From NCBI GenBank assembly GCA_035508275.1, contig DATJNI010000007.1, positions 60,324-124,323 on the forward strand: a stretch of 64,000 bases of DNA, read 5' to 3'. Shown here piece by piece: positions 1 to 9,570 of this stretch (positions within the stretch are counted from its first letter, which is position 1; each line of letters opens with the position of its first letter). Below the pieces are notes generated by a model. It was not told where the DNA came from, ran no database searches, and worked only from the letters and a program-made list of their open reading frames with translations. The DNA is from Candidatus Sulfotelmatobacter sp. (GTDB lineage Bacteria; Patescibacteriota; Saccharimonadia; Saccharimonadales; UBA4665). Both the position numbers and the translations under genes were made by a program.

Positions 1-1430
1 TTAGCTAGATTTTTGAGACTTGCGAGTATGTCAGCTAGTGAGGATAGAGCTTCTCTAGCCTTTGGGGTAACGCTCTCGGCGGTGTCGACTTCAGCTAGGG
101 CTTGCTCTAGGCTGAGGCCACTGCCTACTTGCCAAGTTAGGAAGTTATTAAGTGAGGTTGCGCCTATACCACGGGTTGGGACGTTTACTATTCGCTCAAA
201 GCTAATTGAGTCATTGGGCTGATAGATAAGTCTAAGGTAGGCAATTATGTCTTTAATTTCTTTGCGGTCATAGAAGCGTACACCCCCGACGACTCTATAT
301 GGAATACCGTAGCGGATAAAGGCCTCTTCTAGTGAGCGGCTCTGAGCATTGGTCCGGTAAAGGACTGCGAAGTCGCTGTACTTTCTTCTACCGACATCGG
401 TTGAGTTTTTAATGCGTCTTATGATGGCGTCAGCCTCGGCTCGTTCGTTGGCGGCAGAAATGACTTGGACGGGCAGGCCATCGCCTAAATTGGTCCAGAG
501 CTTCTTATCTGTTCTTTGGAGGTTTTTAGTTATTAGTGAATTAGCGGCCGATAAAATATTCTTGGTTGAGCGGTAGTTTTGTTCTAGCTTTATAACTTTG
601 CAGTTTTTATAATCTGATTCAAAATTTAGTATGTTTCGAAAGTCTGCACCTCGCCAACCATATATGCCCTGAGAGTCATCGCCAACTACTGCGATGTTAT
701 TATTGCCCTTTGCTAGCAGCTTAATTAGCTTGTACTGCGCCGAGTTGGTGTCTTGGTATTCATCAACCATGATGTATTTAAACTGGTTTTGCCATTTTTC
801 TAGGACTTTAGGGTTGGAGGTAAAGAGCTTAACAGTTTTATTTATTATGTCGTCGAAGTCTAAGGCAGAGTTGTCTTTTAGGATGCGCTCGTAAATTGGG
901 TAGGCTTTGGCAGCCATGTGTTGAGCTGGGGATTTAGCTAGACCAGTGTAGGCGCTAGGTGTTATCATTTCGTTTTTAGCACTGCTAATTAGGTTGGCTA
1001 GAAGTCTGGGAGGATAGGTTTTTTCATCTATAGAGAGCTGTTTAGAAGCTTGTTTAACAGCGCTTTGTTTGTCGCCTTCATCGTATATAACAAAGCTTCT
1101 GGGGGTCCCTACGTGTTCAGCATCGATTCTTAGTATTCGCACACAGATACCGTGGAAAGTACCCATGTATGGCATGAAGCTGCGATTCAGACGTGCGCCA
1201 AGCAGTTTAGCTATGCGTTCACGCATCTCGTTAGCTGCTTTATTAGTAAATGTGACAGCTAAAATATTGTTTGGGCTAACGTTTTTTTCTTGAACTAGAT
1301 AGGCGATTCGGTGAGTTAGGGTTTTGGTTTTGCCAGATCCAGCTCCAGCTAGGATTAGAAGAGGTCCTTCGGTTGATTTAACCGCCTCCATTTGCTCACT
1401 ATTAAGACCATCTAAAACACCAGGGCTCAT
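1..1430 (-). CDS. pcrA: ATP-dependent DNA helicase PcrA/UvrD family, N-terminal ~476 codons (3-prime end runs off the window)
   Basis: Absent from the ORF track because it is open at the window edge. My reverse-strand translation from the ATG (complement of 1428-1430) reads MSPGVLDGLNSEQMEAVKSTEGPLLILAGAGSGKTKTLTHRIAYL. This is the UvrD-family Walker A; a later IMVDEYQD motif II lies near 760-790. Confidence 0.9.
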   Translation of the reverse strand, partial: MSPGVLDGLNSEQMEAVKSTEGPLLILAGAGSGKTKTLTHRIAYLVQEKNVSPNNILAVTFTNKAANEMRERIAKLLGARLNRSFMPYMGTFHGICVRILRIDAEHVGTPRSFVIYDEGDKQSAVKQASKQLSIDEKTYPPRLLANLISSAKNEMITPSAYTGLAKSPAQHMAAKAYPIYERILKDNSALDFDDIINKTVKLFTSNPKVLEKWQNQFKYIMVDEYQDTNSAQYKLIKLLAKGNNNIAVVGDDSQGIYGWRGADFRNILNFESDYKNCKVIKLEQNYRSTKNILSAANSLITKNLQRTDKKLWTNLGDGLPVQVISAANERAEADAIIRRIKNSTDVGRRKYSDFAVLYRTNAQSRSLEEAFIRYGIPYRVVGGVRFYDRKEIKDIIAYLRLIYQPNDSISFERIVNVPTRGIGATSLNNFLTWQVGSGLSLEQALAEVDTAESVTPKAREALSSLADILASLKNLA

Positions 1431-1454
1431 CACTTAATTCTAGCAAACTCGGTA

Positions 1455-1886
1455 TTACAGGTCAGAGATGTACTCGTAAAATCCAAATAACTTTTGCCCG
1501 TCTCCTAGAGGTTCGGGTATTTCTTCCCCTGCAACTTGCCAATGTCCATCGGGATCTCTCTCAAAATCCACAAATTTTCTCTCTTCTACCGAATGTGCCA
1601 GAGAAGATATGTATGCACGCATTCTTACTCTGTCGCCCTCAAATACAGGTTCGTGAGGTCTCATAACCATAGGACCAAGAGGGAAACAATTTAAGTGAGG
1701 GTTGCCTAGATTTTTTAATAAAGTACGTCCAAGTGATGCGCTGACTTTATCTAATACGATATCGTCAAGCTCCTCATTTGATAAAAGTACGCGGCACTCG
1801 ACTTGCCAATTGACTACATTAAGTACAGCACCATCTTCAGTCGAAGGTATGTCGTCATCTTCTAACCTTTTTCCGATTAACTCCAT
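1455..1886 (-). CDS. hypothetical acidic cytoplasmic protein (143 aa)
   Basis: Intact ORF filling the pcrA-tpiA gap on the same strand. No motif recognised. Confidence 0.5.
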   Translation of the reverse strand: MELIGKRLEDDDIPSTEDGAVLNVVNWQVECRVLLSNEELDDIVLDKVSASLGRTLLKNLGNPHLNCFPLGPMVMRPHEPVFEGDRVRMRAYISSLAHSVEERKFVDFERDPDGHWQVAGEEIPEPLGDGQKLFGFYEYISDL

Positions 1887-1941
1887 AGTAACTGTAATAT
1901 ATCACCAAAAAGAAGCGTAAGAAAACGCTAGTGCTCGTGAG

Positions 1942-2724
1942 CTATTTTTTAGATTTGTTCTTTAGGTTATATGCGCTAGATATAATTTTAGAGAATTTAG
2001 CGTAGTTAAGAGAAGCTGCTCCTGGTAAACAACCGTCAACTCCTTCTATTTCTAAGTAGCCTGAAGCTGTTTGGTCATCTACGCTACCGCCATAGATTAC
2101 TCGTATTTTCTCAGCTGTTGCCTTACCGTAAAGTTCGCTGACATTTAATCTAATAGTGTCGATAGCTGGTTTAACGAGAGATGGTTTAGCTAGTTCACCG
2201 TCAAAAGTAGATATAGCCCAGATTGGCTCGTAGGCAATTATGACGCTGCTTACATCTTCTGCCGTAAGATTACTTAGAGCAGTAACTACCTGGTCGTGAA
2301 TAACTCGCTTGGTTTCGCCGGCGTTTCTTTCTTCTTTGGTTTCACCAACGCAGAGAATTGGGTTAATACCATTTCTAATGGCTGCGCTGACTTTATCTCT
2401 AATGGTTTCTAGTGATTCGTGGAAATATATTCGCCGCTCTGAATGTCCAACTAGTGCGTAGTCAACGATGTCTCTAAGCATGGTGAAGCTGACCTCACCC
2501 GTGTAAGCTCCTTCATCTTTAAAGTAGGCATTTTGAGCGCACAGACCAAATTTACGCTTATCTATTGCTTCGGCTACTGTTGTTAGCGTTAGCAAACTGG
2601 GAGCTAAAACTACCTCTATCTCTCGGTGTATAGGAATGTTCTCATCAAGTCTCTTAACTAGGGCTAGAGCCTCTTTAACGTCGAGGTTCATCTTCCAGTT
2701 ACCGATGATGATGGTTTTACGCAT
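1942..2724 (-). CDS. tpiA: triosephosphate isomerase
   Basis: IIGNWKMNL, VGHSERR and AYEPIWAI motifs; 260 aa; directly downstream of pgk. Confidence 0.95.
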   Translation of the reverse strand: MRKTIIIGNWKMNLDVKEALALVKRLDENIPIHREIEVVLAPSLLTLTTVAEAIDKRKFGLCAQNAYFKDEGAYTGEVSFTMLRDIVDYALVGHSERRIYFHESLETIRDKVSAAIRNGINPILCVGETKEERNAGETKRVIHDQVVTALSNLTAEDVSSVIIAYEPIWAISTFDGELAKPSLVKPAIDTIRLNVSELYGKATAEKIRVIYGGSVDDQTASGYLEIEGVDGCLPGAASLNYAKFSKIISSAYNLKNKSKK

Positions 2725-2738
2725 ATGCTTATTATACC

Positions 2739-4025
2739 TTAGCGCTTGTCCTCTAAAGCTTCTACGCCGGGTAGCTTGTGTCCACTCATTAACTCTAGAG
2801 AGGCACCACCGCCTGTCGAGACATGATCGAAGCTATCTACTAGGCCTCTGCTCTCTATGTAGCCGACGGTATCGCCGCCGCCAACTAGAGAGTAGGGTCT
2901 AGTGCCTAAGTCCCCGACTATGGCCTCAATAACTGTTTGGGTGCCATGAGTGTAGGGTCCTATTAGGCCCCTTAGCCCTTTGGTCTCGGTTACTCCCATG
3001 GTGCCATTCCAGACGACAGTACTTGAAAGTTGGATAGCCCCAGCAATAAAGGCAGCGCTAAATGGGCCAATGTCTAGGATCATCTCATGGTCAAGAATAC
3101 GCATATCTTTTTCGCTTGGTTTATGTGGGTAGGAGACAATGTCGGCATAGTTATTGGCGGAAAAGTCGACAATTCGTGTACTGTGTCTACCCTCCATGTC
3201 TTGAGAAACAACCACATCAAAGGGGATAGCGAGAGTGAACTTACGTTTTTTAGATTCGATTTCGCTTCTTGCCATAATTTCTCTGGCTAGCTTTATTTCT
3301 TTTAAGTCTATTAGGCTTCTGCCGACCGGGATGCTCTTGGCAGCTAGAAAGGTATTGGCTAGGGCACCGCCGACTGCCATGAAGTCGGAATGCCGCATAA
3401 ACGTCTCAATAAGTTCAATCTTATCTGATATCTTAGCTCCACCAATTATGGCGGCAAGGGGACGTTTGGGATCATGCATAACGCTAGTTATGTTGTCGAC
3501 TTCTTTAGCAAGCAGTAGACCGGCAACACTTGGTAGTAACTTAGTGATGGCATAAGTACTAGCATGCTTTCTATGGACAACAGCGAAGCCGTCTTCTACA
3601 AATACTTGGCAGTTTTCGCTGAGCTGCCGAGCAAAGTCTTCGTTGTCAGACTCTTCTTCCGGGTGGAAGCGAAGGTTTTCTAGTAGCAGTATTTCATGTC
3701 TTGGCAGATTGGCTTTAGCTTGAGTGGCCTTTTCGCCTATGCAATCGTCAAGGAAATGCACTCTTCTACCCGTTAGTTTCGCTAGTTTAGCGGCTATCGG
3801 TTTTAGGCTCATCTCCTTATTTACCTGGCCCTTAGGGCGGCCAAGGTGAGAGATAATGACTAAGTTCTTAGCATGGGATAGGATGTAGTCTACTGTTAAT
3901 AGGGATTGTCTTATCCGGTAGTCGTCAGTTATTTCACCGTTTTTAATTGGAACGTTATAGTCGGCTCTTAGAAGAACCGTTTTGTTTTCTAGATTAATGT
4001 CTTTAACTGTTTTTTTACTGAACAT
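2739..4025 (-). CDS. pgk: phosphoglycerate kinase
   Basis: LLRADYNVP and SHLGRPKG N-terminal motifs and GGGDT near the C-terminus; 428 aa. Confidence 0.95.
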   Translation of the reverse strand: MFSKKTVKDINLENKTVLLRADYNVPIKNGEITDDYRIRQSLLTVDYILSHAKNLVIISHLGRPKGQVNKEMSLKPIAAKLAKLTGRRVHFLDDCIGEKATQAKANLPRHEILLLENLRFHPEEESDNEDFARQLSENCQVFVEDGFAVVHRKHASTYAITKLLPSVAGLLLAKEVDNITSVMHDPKRPLAAIIGGAKISDKIELIETFMRHSDFMAVGGALANTFLAAKSIPVGRSLIDLKEIKLAREIMARSEIESKKRKFTLAIPFDVVVSQDMEGRHSTRIVDFSANNYADIVSYPHKPSEKDMRILDHEMILDIGPFSAAFIAGAIQLSSTVVWNGTMGVTETKGLRGLIGPYTHGTQTVIEAIVGDLGTRPYSLVGGGDTVGYIESRGLVDSFDHVSTGGGASLELMSGHKLPGVEALEDKR

Positions 4026-4104
4026 CCTCTAGCCCACCCTGTCAAAAAGTCTAAAGCAGTTAGTTTTACTATTAATATTGTAGCGGATAGTTAGGCAAAT
4101 CGTG

Positions 4105-6951
4105 TCAGTTGACTGTGAATGATACCGCCGGCGTGGTTACGCTTTGACCTGAACTATCTTTAACTATAGCGCTAACGCTGTGAGTACCCTTCGCTCCGGA
4201 TGTCTTAAATTGCACTTCAAACGGCGAGGAAGTTACGGCTGAGCCATAGTCTGCGCCGTCTACTACATATTGGACTGAGGTTATACTGGCGCCGGTTGAA
4301 GGAGTGGCGTTAACTTGCAGCTTGGTGTCAGCGGTTAGAATTTCACCGATAGTGGGGTTTAGTATTGTGGCACTTAAGGGACTCGTAGCGTTTGATTTAT
4401 TACCACCAGAGTTACTTACTTTAATAGTAACTGGTGGTGAGGTAGCCATAGCACCAGTACCGTCCTGGACGACTGCTGTAATAGTGTACGACCCGTTTGC
4501 TACAGAGTTAGTATTCCAGGCATAGGTGTAAGGTGCCGAAGAGATTTGCTTGCCTAGTTTAGCGCCGTTTAGGTAGAATTGAACGTCAGCGACACTTGTT
4601 CTAGGGTCAGTTGTGGCGCTAGCTTGAATGTTTACAGTCCCTGAAACGGTTACATTATTAGCTGGGCTGTTTATCGTAGCGGTAGGCGGTGCCAGTGGCT
4701 GTGTGTTGTTATTACCGGTCTCGCTAATGTAGAGGAGTCTTGGAGAGTCGGTAACGGGAACTTCTATTACAATGTTGGTTGAGCTTCTGGAAATAACGTT
4801 GACGCTTGGTGTGGCGCCAGTTAGAGGATCGTAGAAAGTCATAGAGTTAATATTGTTACCATTAACTCCACCGATGGTTAAGCGGTAGGTTTCAGCCGGC
4901 AAGTCAAATTTGGTTTCGCCGGGAGCGCTAGAGTTGTATATCTTCTCTAGATCAGAGGTTTGAACATATATTGGTACTAAGAAACTGGAATTAGTTAACT
5001 GGTAAGGATAGAAGGAAAAGACGTTTCGGTTGTATAGGTCGGGGTACTGGGCAGTGCCATTGCCGCTGAACTGGATATTACCGGAGTAGTCGTCAATTTC
5101 GTTGAGGGCCAGGGATTGCGGTTTGGTAATGGTTTGGGCAGCCATGAAAGGCTTTAGGAAGTTATGGATGGTCTGGGTAATGAAGCCGCCCTGAGAGTCA
5201 CCTGGGTAAACATTGGGGTTAGAGTCAACTGCACTAATGAAACTGCTATCTACTAGATTAAGGCTGTATGGCCCCTGCTTTGAATCCTTGGCTGCGTAAA
5301 AGTCTATTTGCTTGGCACCCTTATTTACAAAGTCGGATAGGTATCGTATCTGAGCCTTGGCTTGTATATATTCACGGTCATTATTAGTGTAGTTATATTT
5401 GCCGTTATTCGGGTCGCCGCCGTTTCTAGGTGGAGTTAAACCGTAGTTATATTCGGTTATCCAAACTTGGGCGGTGTGGCCTTGAGGGTTGGCTGCATTC
5501 GAGCCGTGCAATGATCCACCAAGAGTCGTGGATATTGGAGACATGTCTCTAAGTAGTGACTGGTCGGTGAAGGCAGACAGAGACTGTTCTGGATAGTGAG
5601 CAACAAAGCTTGGCGTAAAGGTGTCTACGTTAACAGTCTTACCTCCAACAGTCTTGGTGGTATAGTCTCGCTGCATTAGGGCGTTCAGAGGATAAGACTG
5701 ATCATATTTTAAGTCAGCCGGATAAACCTTCTCGTTCTGGTATGGGTGCTTGCTTAGAGCTGTAATAGTGCTGGGAAGGGTTGAGCCACTGGGAAATGGT
5801 GACTGCGAAGCAAAACCATTGGTAATCTGGACACCGGTGAAACCATTAGCCGGGTTAGCTATAAAGTTACCTGTGTCAGCTAATATCTGAGCAGTGGTAC
5901 TACCGGTTAGGGTAGGGTTGGGTGGTGAAGAGTAGTAATTAGCGGCAGCTAAAAAGTTTGAGCCAAAGCTTAGCTCATTCCAAACTTCCAGGTCAAAGTT
6001 GTTATTACCAAGTGCGGCCTTAGCAGTACTAGCGACTCCGTTAACATAAGCCAGCCAGCCCTTGCTGTCAGTTGTGTAAACCGGGTTGGGCGTAACACCG
6101 TCAGCTAGAAAGGGTTTCTGGAAGGGGGCATAAGTAAGAATGGTCATTTTGCCCGAGAGATCGGCTGTGCTGTCTATTGGCTTGGACAGAGTAACTGTGT
6201 TGCCACTGACGGCAGTAAACAGGATTCCGGCCATGACTCCGTTATCTTCTATGCCAGTTTTTCCTGGCACTATCTGTTTGGCGGTCGAACTCGATACTGT
6301 GACCGTCGTGTCACCGACTTTCGGCGTAACTGTATACGAACCAGTGAAGCTAGAATTTGGTACTGGGTTAGTGTCTCCGGCGTAGAGAATAATTAAGGGT
6401 CGGATGCCGTTGGCTTTTAGGGCGTCAATTTTAGTTGTGAGATCGCCTGCAGCAGTTGGGTTAACCTGGGTTGGATTAGCATAACTCATAAAGCCGCCCC
6501 AGTTGGTTCCAAGTCGAGCGTGGGTAAAGCCAGTGTCTTTTAGTAGGTGGGCGGTGTCACTGGCTTCATTGGCGTTAACGTTGAAGTTAATACCAACAGC
6601 GTTTAGCATGTCCGTGGCAGGGACAGTGTCTAGGTAAGCGTTTTGGGGCTGATCGTAGAAGGATCTGTCGCTAGCAGTTAGATTAGTTAGGTATGCCGGG
6701 TCAGTATAGTCTGTGACAGTACCGGCAAACGGTGTCGCAGCATGTCCACCTAGAATTAAGTAGGCACCAATTACGGCAAATACCGCTACGAAAACTGTGG
6801 CGGTAATTTTTGAAAAGATAAAGTTGGGCATTTTATCGTTTAGGCTGCCCTTGCCTTCTCCGACTGTCGCTGAACTGGGGGGAACACTACTTACTGGATT
6901 TGATTCTTTGGGGGTAGTATCAGGGTTATCCTGAGAGTCATTAATGGCCAT
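4105..6951 (-). CDS. membrane-anchored extracellular protein: clan GH-A-like glycoside hydrolase core plus two C-terminal Ig-like (Big-type) domains
   Basis: N-terminal TM helix (FSKITATVFVAVFAVIGAYLILGG). Candidate acid/base and nucleophile motifs DLEVWNELSFG and QVWITEYNYG, as in (beta/alpha)8 clan A hydrolases. Two C-terminal repeats of the type VSGTVNIQA...VQFYLNGAKLG...APYTYAWNT...NGSYTITAVVQD. Confidence 0.6.
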   Translation of the reverse strand: MAINDSQDNPDTTPKESNPVSSVPPSSATVGEGKGSLNDKMPNFIFSKITATVFVAVFAVIGAYLILGGHAATPFAGTVTDYTDPAYLTNLTASDRSFYDQPQNAYLDTVPATDMLNAVGINFNVNANEASDTAHLLKDTGFTHARLGTNWGGFMSYANPTQVNPTAAGDLTTKIDALKANGIRPLIILYAGDTNPVPNSSFTGSYTVTPKVGDTTVTVSSSTAKQIVPGKTGIEDNGVMAGILFTAVSGNTVTLSKPIDSTADLSGKMTILTYAPFQKPFLADGVTPNPVYTTDSKGWLAYVNGVASTAKAALGNNNFDLEVWNELSFGSNFLAAANYYSSPPNPTLTGSTTAQILADTGNFIANPANGFTGVQITNGFASQSPFPSGSTLPSTITALSKHPYQNEKVYPADLKYDQSYPLNALMQRDYTTKTVGGKTVNVDTFTPSFVAHYPEQSLSAFTDQSLLRDMSPISTTLGGSLHGSNAANPQGHTAQVWITEYNYGLTPPRNGGDPNNGKYNYTNNDREYIQAKAQIRYLSDFVNKGAKQIDFYAAKDSKQGPYSLNLVDSSFISAVDSNPNVYPGDSQGGFITQTIHNFLKPFMAAQTITKPQSLALNEIDDYSGNIQFSGNGTAQYPDLYNRNVFSFYPYQLTNSSFLVPIYVQTSDLEKIYNSSAPGETKFDLPAETYRLTIGGVNGNNINSMTFYDPLTGATPSVNVISRSSTNIVIEVPVTDSPRLLYISETGNNNTQPLAPPTATINSPANNVTVSGTVNIQASATTDPRTSVADVQFYLNGAKLGKQISSAPYTYAWNTNSVANGSYTITAVVQDGTGAMATSPPVTIKVSNSGGNKSNATSPLSATILNPTIGEILTADTKLQVNATPSTGASITSVQYVVDGADYGSAVTSSPFEVQFKTSGAKGTHSVSAIVKDSSGQSVTTPAVSFTVN

Positions 6952-7049
6952 TTAGTTCTCTTTTATAGCAAAATTAATATATGTCATTTTTGTTTTACAA
7001 TACTCACTTATTAGGATGCTATAGATGGGCTTCGAAGTCAAGCTTATGC

Positions 7050-7619
7050 TTATTTGGTAAGTTCTTCGAGCAGTTCAGGGAAAGTATCGTCGGGCAAGTA
7101 TTTGTGTGTAAAATGCCCCTTGCCTTTAAACTCCCGGTAATTTACATCTTTTAGAGTCTCTCTTAGTTTCTTAACAGATGTTTGGATTTCCGGTGCGTCT
7201 TCTGCCGAGTTAAATATTACTAGCTCTTTTGTTCTTGAAGCAACGGTGGGGTCTAATTCAAATTTAAAAAACTGGTTTGGGTCTTCTTGCTCGACATCTA
7301 TCCAAGGAGCAACCAGAACCACTTTGCCTGTTCTTATTTCGGGGTGTTCGCTTAAGTATCTAACCCAGAAGCCGCCGCCACAGCTATGTCCAACGATTAA
7401 AGTTTCTGGGGTGATATCGTATCTTTCTACTTCCTTCACCCATCTATCCCACAGTGGTTCGTAAGCTAACGGAACTTCCGGAGTTGCGGCTGCAATGTCT
7501 CTATTGAGTAGCTGTTTCTGAAGCCATGGCAGCCAATGCGAATTGCTCATCGAGGGATACTTTTCTGAGTAGTATTCAGCTTTGCTTGGGCGGCCATGCA
7601 GAATAATGGCGTTTTTCAT
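7050..7619 (-). CDS. alpha/beta serine hydrolase, YdeN/RBBP9-like
   Basis: 189 aa. ILHG near the N-terminus, nucleophile elbow GHSCGG, and WLPWL motif typical of this small hydrolase family. Confidence 0.7.
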   Translation of the reverse strand: MKNAIILHGRPSKAEYYSEKYPSMSNSHWLPWLQKQLLNRDIAAATPEVPLAYEPLWDRWVKEVERYDITPETLIVGHSCGGGFWVRYLSEHPEIRTGKVVLVAPWIDVEQEDPNQFFKFELDPTVASRTKELVIFNSAEDAPEIQTSVKKLRETLKDVNYREFKGKGHFTHKYLPDDTFPELLEELTK

Positions 7620-7640
7620 AATATTTAGCTTATTTAATAA

Positions 7641-7871
7641 CTAGAATGCTTTTTTCTCTAGCTTTACTATTCTTTTCTCATGGTTTTTAAATTGTCTGTC
7701 AAAACTGTCATTCATCCTGTCAAGAGCATCAGCAATATACGAGGAAAGGTTATCTATCTTGGCATCTATCCTGTCCTCCAGGTTACGGAGGTCTAATCTA
7801 AGATCGGAGGTTTGCTCAGAAACTGCCAAGGCAATAAATCTCTTTAGTTCATCTACAAGTTTCCTGTCCAT
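7641..7871 (-). CDS. hypothetical coiled-coil protein (76 aa)
   Basis: Heptad-like charged sequence. Same strand as its neighbours. Confidence 0.4.
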   Translation of the reverse strand: MDRKLVDELKRFIALAVSEQTSDLRLDLRNLEDRIDAKIDNLSSYIADALDRMNDSFDRQFKNHEKRIVKLEKKAF

Positions 7872-7932
7872 GACTCCTAGTATACGCCCGTGAATATTAA
7901 ATTTTTATTAATTTTTAAGATTTCTTAGGTTA

Positions 7933-8316
7933 CTAGCAAACGGTGTTAGCGTTAATTATATTAGAACAATACTTGGTCTGTTGATTAACTGAACTGCCTT
8001 CGAGAGGGCTATTCTTTGAGCCTGGCAGGGAGATGCTTGGTCCGCCTGATTTTTTATTACTTTGATGAGAGTTTACGTATAGGCCAGCTATGAGACTTAT
8101 GAGTAATAAGATAACGATTATTATTAATGGCCATTTTGAGTGCTTAAGAGATTTGTCGGTTGCTAGACCACTCATTACCAGTAGGTTTTTTGCTTGCTCG
8201 TCAGTTACTTTTGGTGCACTTGGAATTGAGGAGTAAGGGCTCTGATTCTGGGCTGGACGTGGGTTTGGTTTAGGAGGAGTCTGAGGATTATTTAGCTTTG
8301 GATCTTGGTTTTCCAT
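7933..8316 (-). CDS. hypothetical single-pass membrane protein with Pro-rich N-terminus
   Basis: PQTPPKPNPRPAQNQ region followed by TM helix WPLIIIVILLLISLIAGLYV. Confidence 0.45.
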   Translation of the reverse strand: MENQDPKLNNPQTPPKPNPRPAQNQSPYSSIPSAPKVTDEQAKNLLVMSGLATDKSLKHSKWPLIIIVILLLISLIAGLYVNSHQSNKKSGGPSISLPGSKNSPLEGSSVNQQTKYCSNIINANTVC

Positions 8317-8353
8317 TCTACTTAAAATAATACCACTAAAGCGATAGGGATAA

Positions 8354-8428
8354 TGGTGACCTCACGGGGAATCGAACCCCGATTGCCAGGATGAAAACCT
8401 GGTGTCCTAGCCGTTAGACGATGAGGCC
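8354..8428 (-). tRNA. tRNA-Glu (anticodon UUC)
   Basis: Reverse complement GGCCTCATCGTCTAACGGCTAGGACACCAGGTTTTCATCCTGGCAATCGGGGTTCGATTCCCCGTGAGGTCACCA folds as a cloverleaf. Anticodon stem CCAGG/CCTGG, loop TTTTCAT, encoded CCA. Confidence 0.9.
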
Positions 8429-8466
8429 GTGAGTCCGTATTATATCAGATTGAGAGGTGTTATTAA

Positions 8467-8499
8467 TAATCCCCCTGGACACCAAAACCAGAGGGATTA
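8467..8499. terminator. imperfect 11-bp hairpin between the surface-protein gene and tRNA-Glu
   Basis: TAATCCCcCTGG / CCAGaGGGATTA with a 9-nt loop. A T-rich run follows on the plus strand only, so orientation and function are uncertain. Confidence 0.3.
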
Positions 8500-8617
8500 C
8501 CTTCGTTTAACTATTTTTATTTTCTGTTAGAGCGGTCAGTCTTTGCTCTTGTCGAACTGGGGCTAATGTTAGCATATTTTTGGTGTTTTGGCTAGTGCTT
8601 ATCCACAAGGGATAGGC

Positions 8618-9547
8618 TTATTGCTTGCTCAAGTGTCGGCTGATTACTCTTCGGTAAGCAATCATACCTAGAATCGATGCAGCGGCAAATAGTCCAATTA
8701 CGTCACCAGGGCCAGTGTTTACTAACTGAGTAACTGATGCTGGTGTGGTAGTCGTAGGAGTGGTAGTAGTAGGAGGAGTAACTGGAGGTGTTACCGGTGG
8801 CGTTACTGGAGGAGTTGTTTCGGGTGTAACTGTGACTTCGTAAACAACTACTATTCGGTAGTTCCAGCAGCCCCATTCAATGCCAGAGCTCATTGGACCA
8901 GGGCTACCAAGTGGAGTTGATCCGTTAACTACATTGTCTGAAAGGCCGTAGTAAGTAGTTTGGGCTAGATTGTTGTTGTAGTGGACTGAGTTTGGAACTA
9001 GAGTCAGCTTTACTGGCTTACCCGCACAATTAAGGGTAGTGCTGTCGGTAACTGTAGCAGCATTTGATGCACCGATTGTGCTAGTAAACTTGAAGCTGTT
9101 GCCAGTAGAGTTAATTGGAGCAGAGGTATTCAGGTAAGCGCCTTGGGCAATGGAAGAACCGCCGTTGGTGTTGTAGTAAGATTCAGCATCATTGTGGACG
9201 TAAGTCCAGATATCGAATTTTTCACCTGTTGTACAGCTAGTATTCATACTAAGTTGTAGAGGTGGATTGTCAGCGCCGAGAGGGTTACCATTGCTAGTGT
9301 TCTGTCGAATACGAACAAAGTTAGGTTCATCGCCTAGGGGATAAGAACCTTGGGTAGAAGAAAGTGTGCTAGTTATGCCACAGATGTTATTAAATACAGG
9401 GGTTGCAGAGGTAGTAAAGTTACCGCTAGGGTTGTACTGATAACACGCTAGGGCACTAGCATTACCGCTAATTCCAACCACTGTAGCTATTACAGAAGCT
9501 GCCATTAGTCCAAAAGTTGCGGTTAATATTCTCTTGTAGCTCTTCAT
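8618..9547 (-). CDS. secreted cell-surface protein with C-terminal LVNTGPGD sorting-type signal
   Basis: Signal peptide (AASVIATVVGISGNASA). PT-rich linker TPPVTPPVTPPVTPPTTTTPTTTTP. LVNTGPGD (coded at 8702-8725) followed by a hydrophobic helix and RRVISRH tail. Confidence 0.8.
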   Translation of the reverse strand: MKSYKRILTATFGLMAASVIATVVGISGNASALACYQYNPSGNFTTSATPVFNNICGITSTLSSTQGSYPLGDEPNFVRIRQNTSNGNPLGADNPPLQLSMNTSCTTGEKFDIWTYVHNDAESYYNTNGGSSIAQGAYLNTSAPINSTGNSFKFTSTIGASNAATVTDSTTLNCAGKPVKLTLVPNSVHYNNNLAQTTYYGLSDNVVNGSTPLGSPGPMSSGIEWGCWNYRIVVVYEVTVTPETTPPVTPPVTPPVTPPTTTTPTTTTPASVTQLVNTGPGDVIGLFAAASILGMIAYRRVISRHLSKQ

Positions 9548-9570
9548 ATTATTATCCTAGAATCCTTTCT

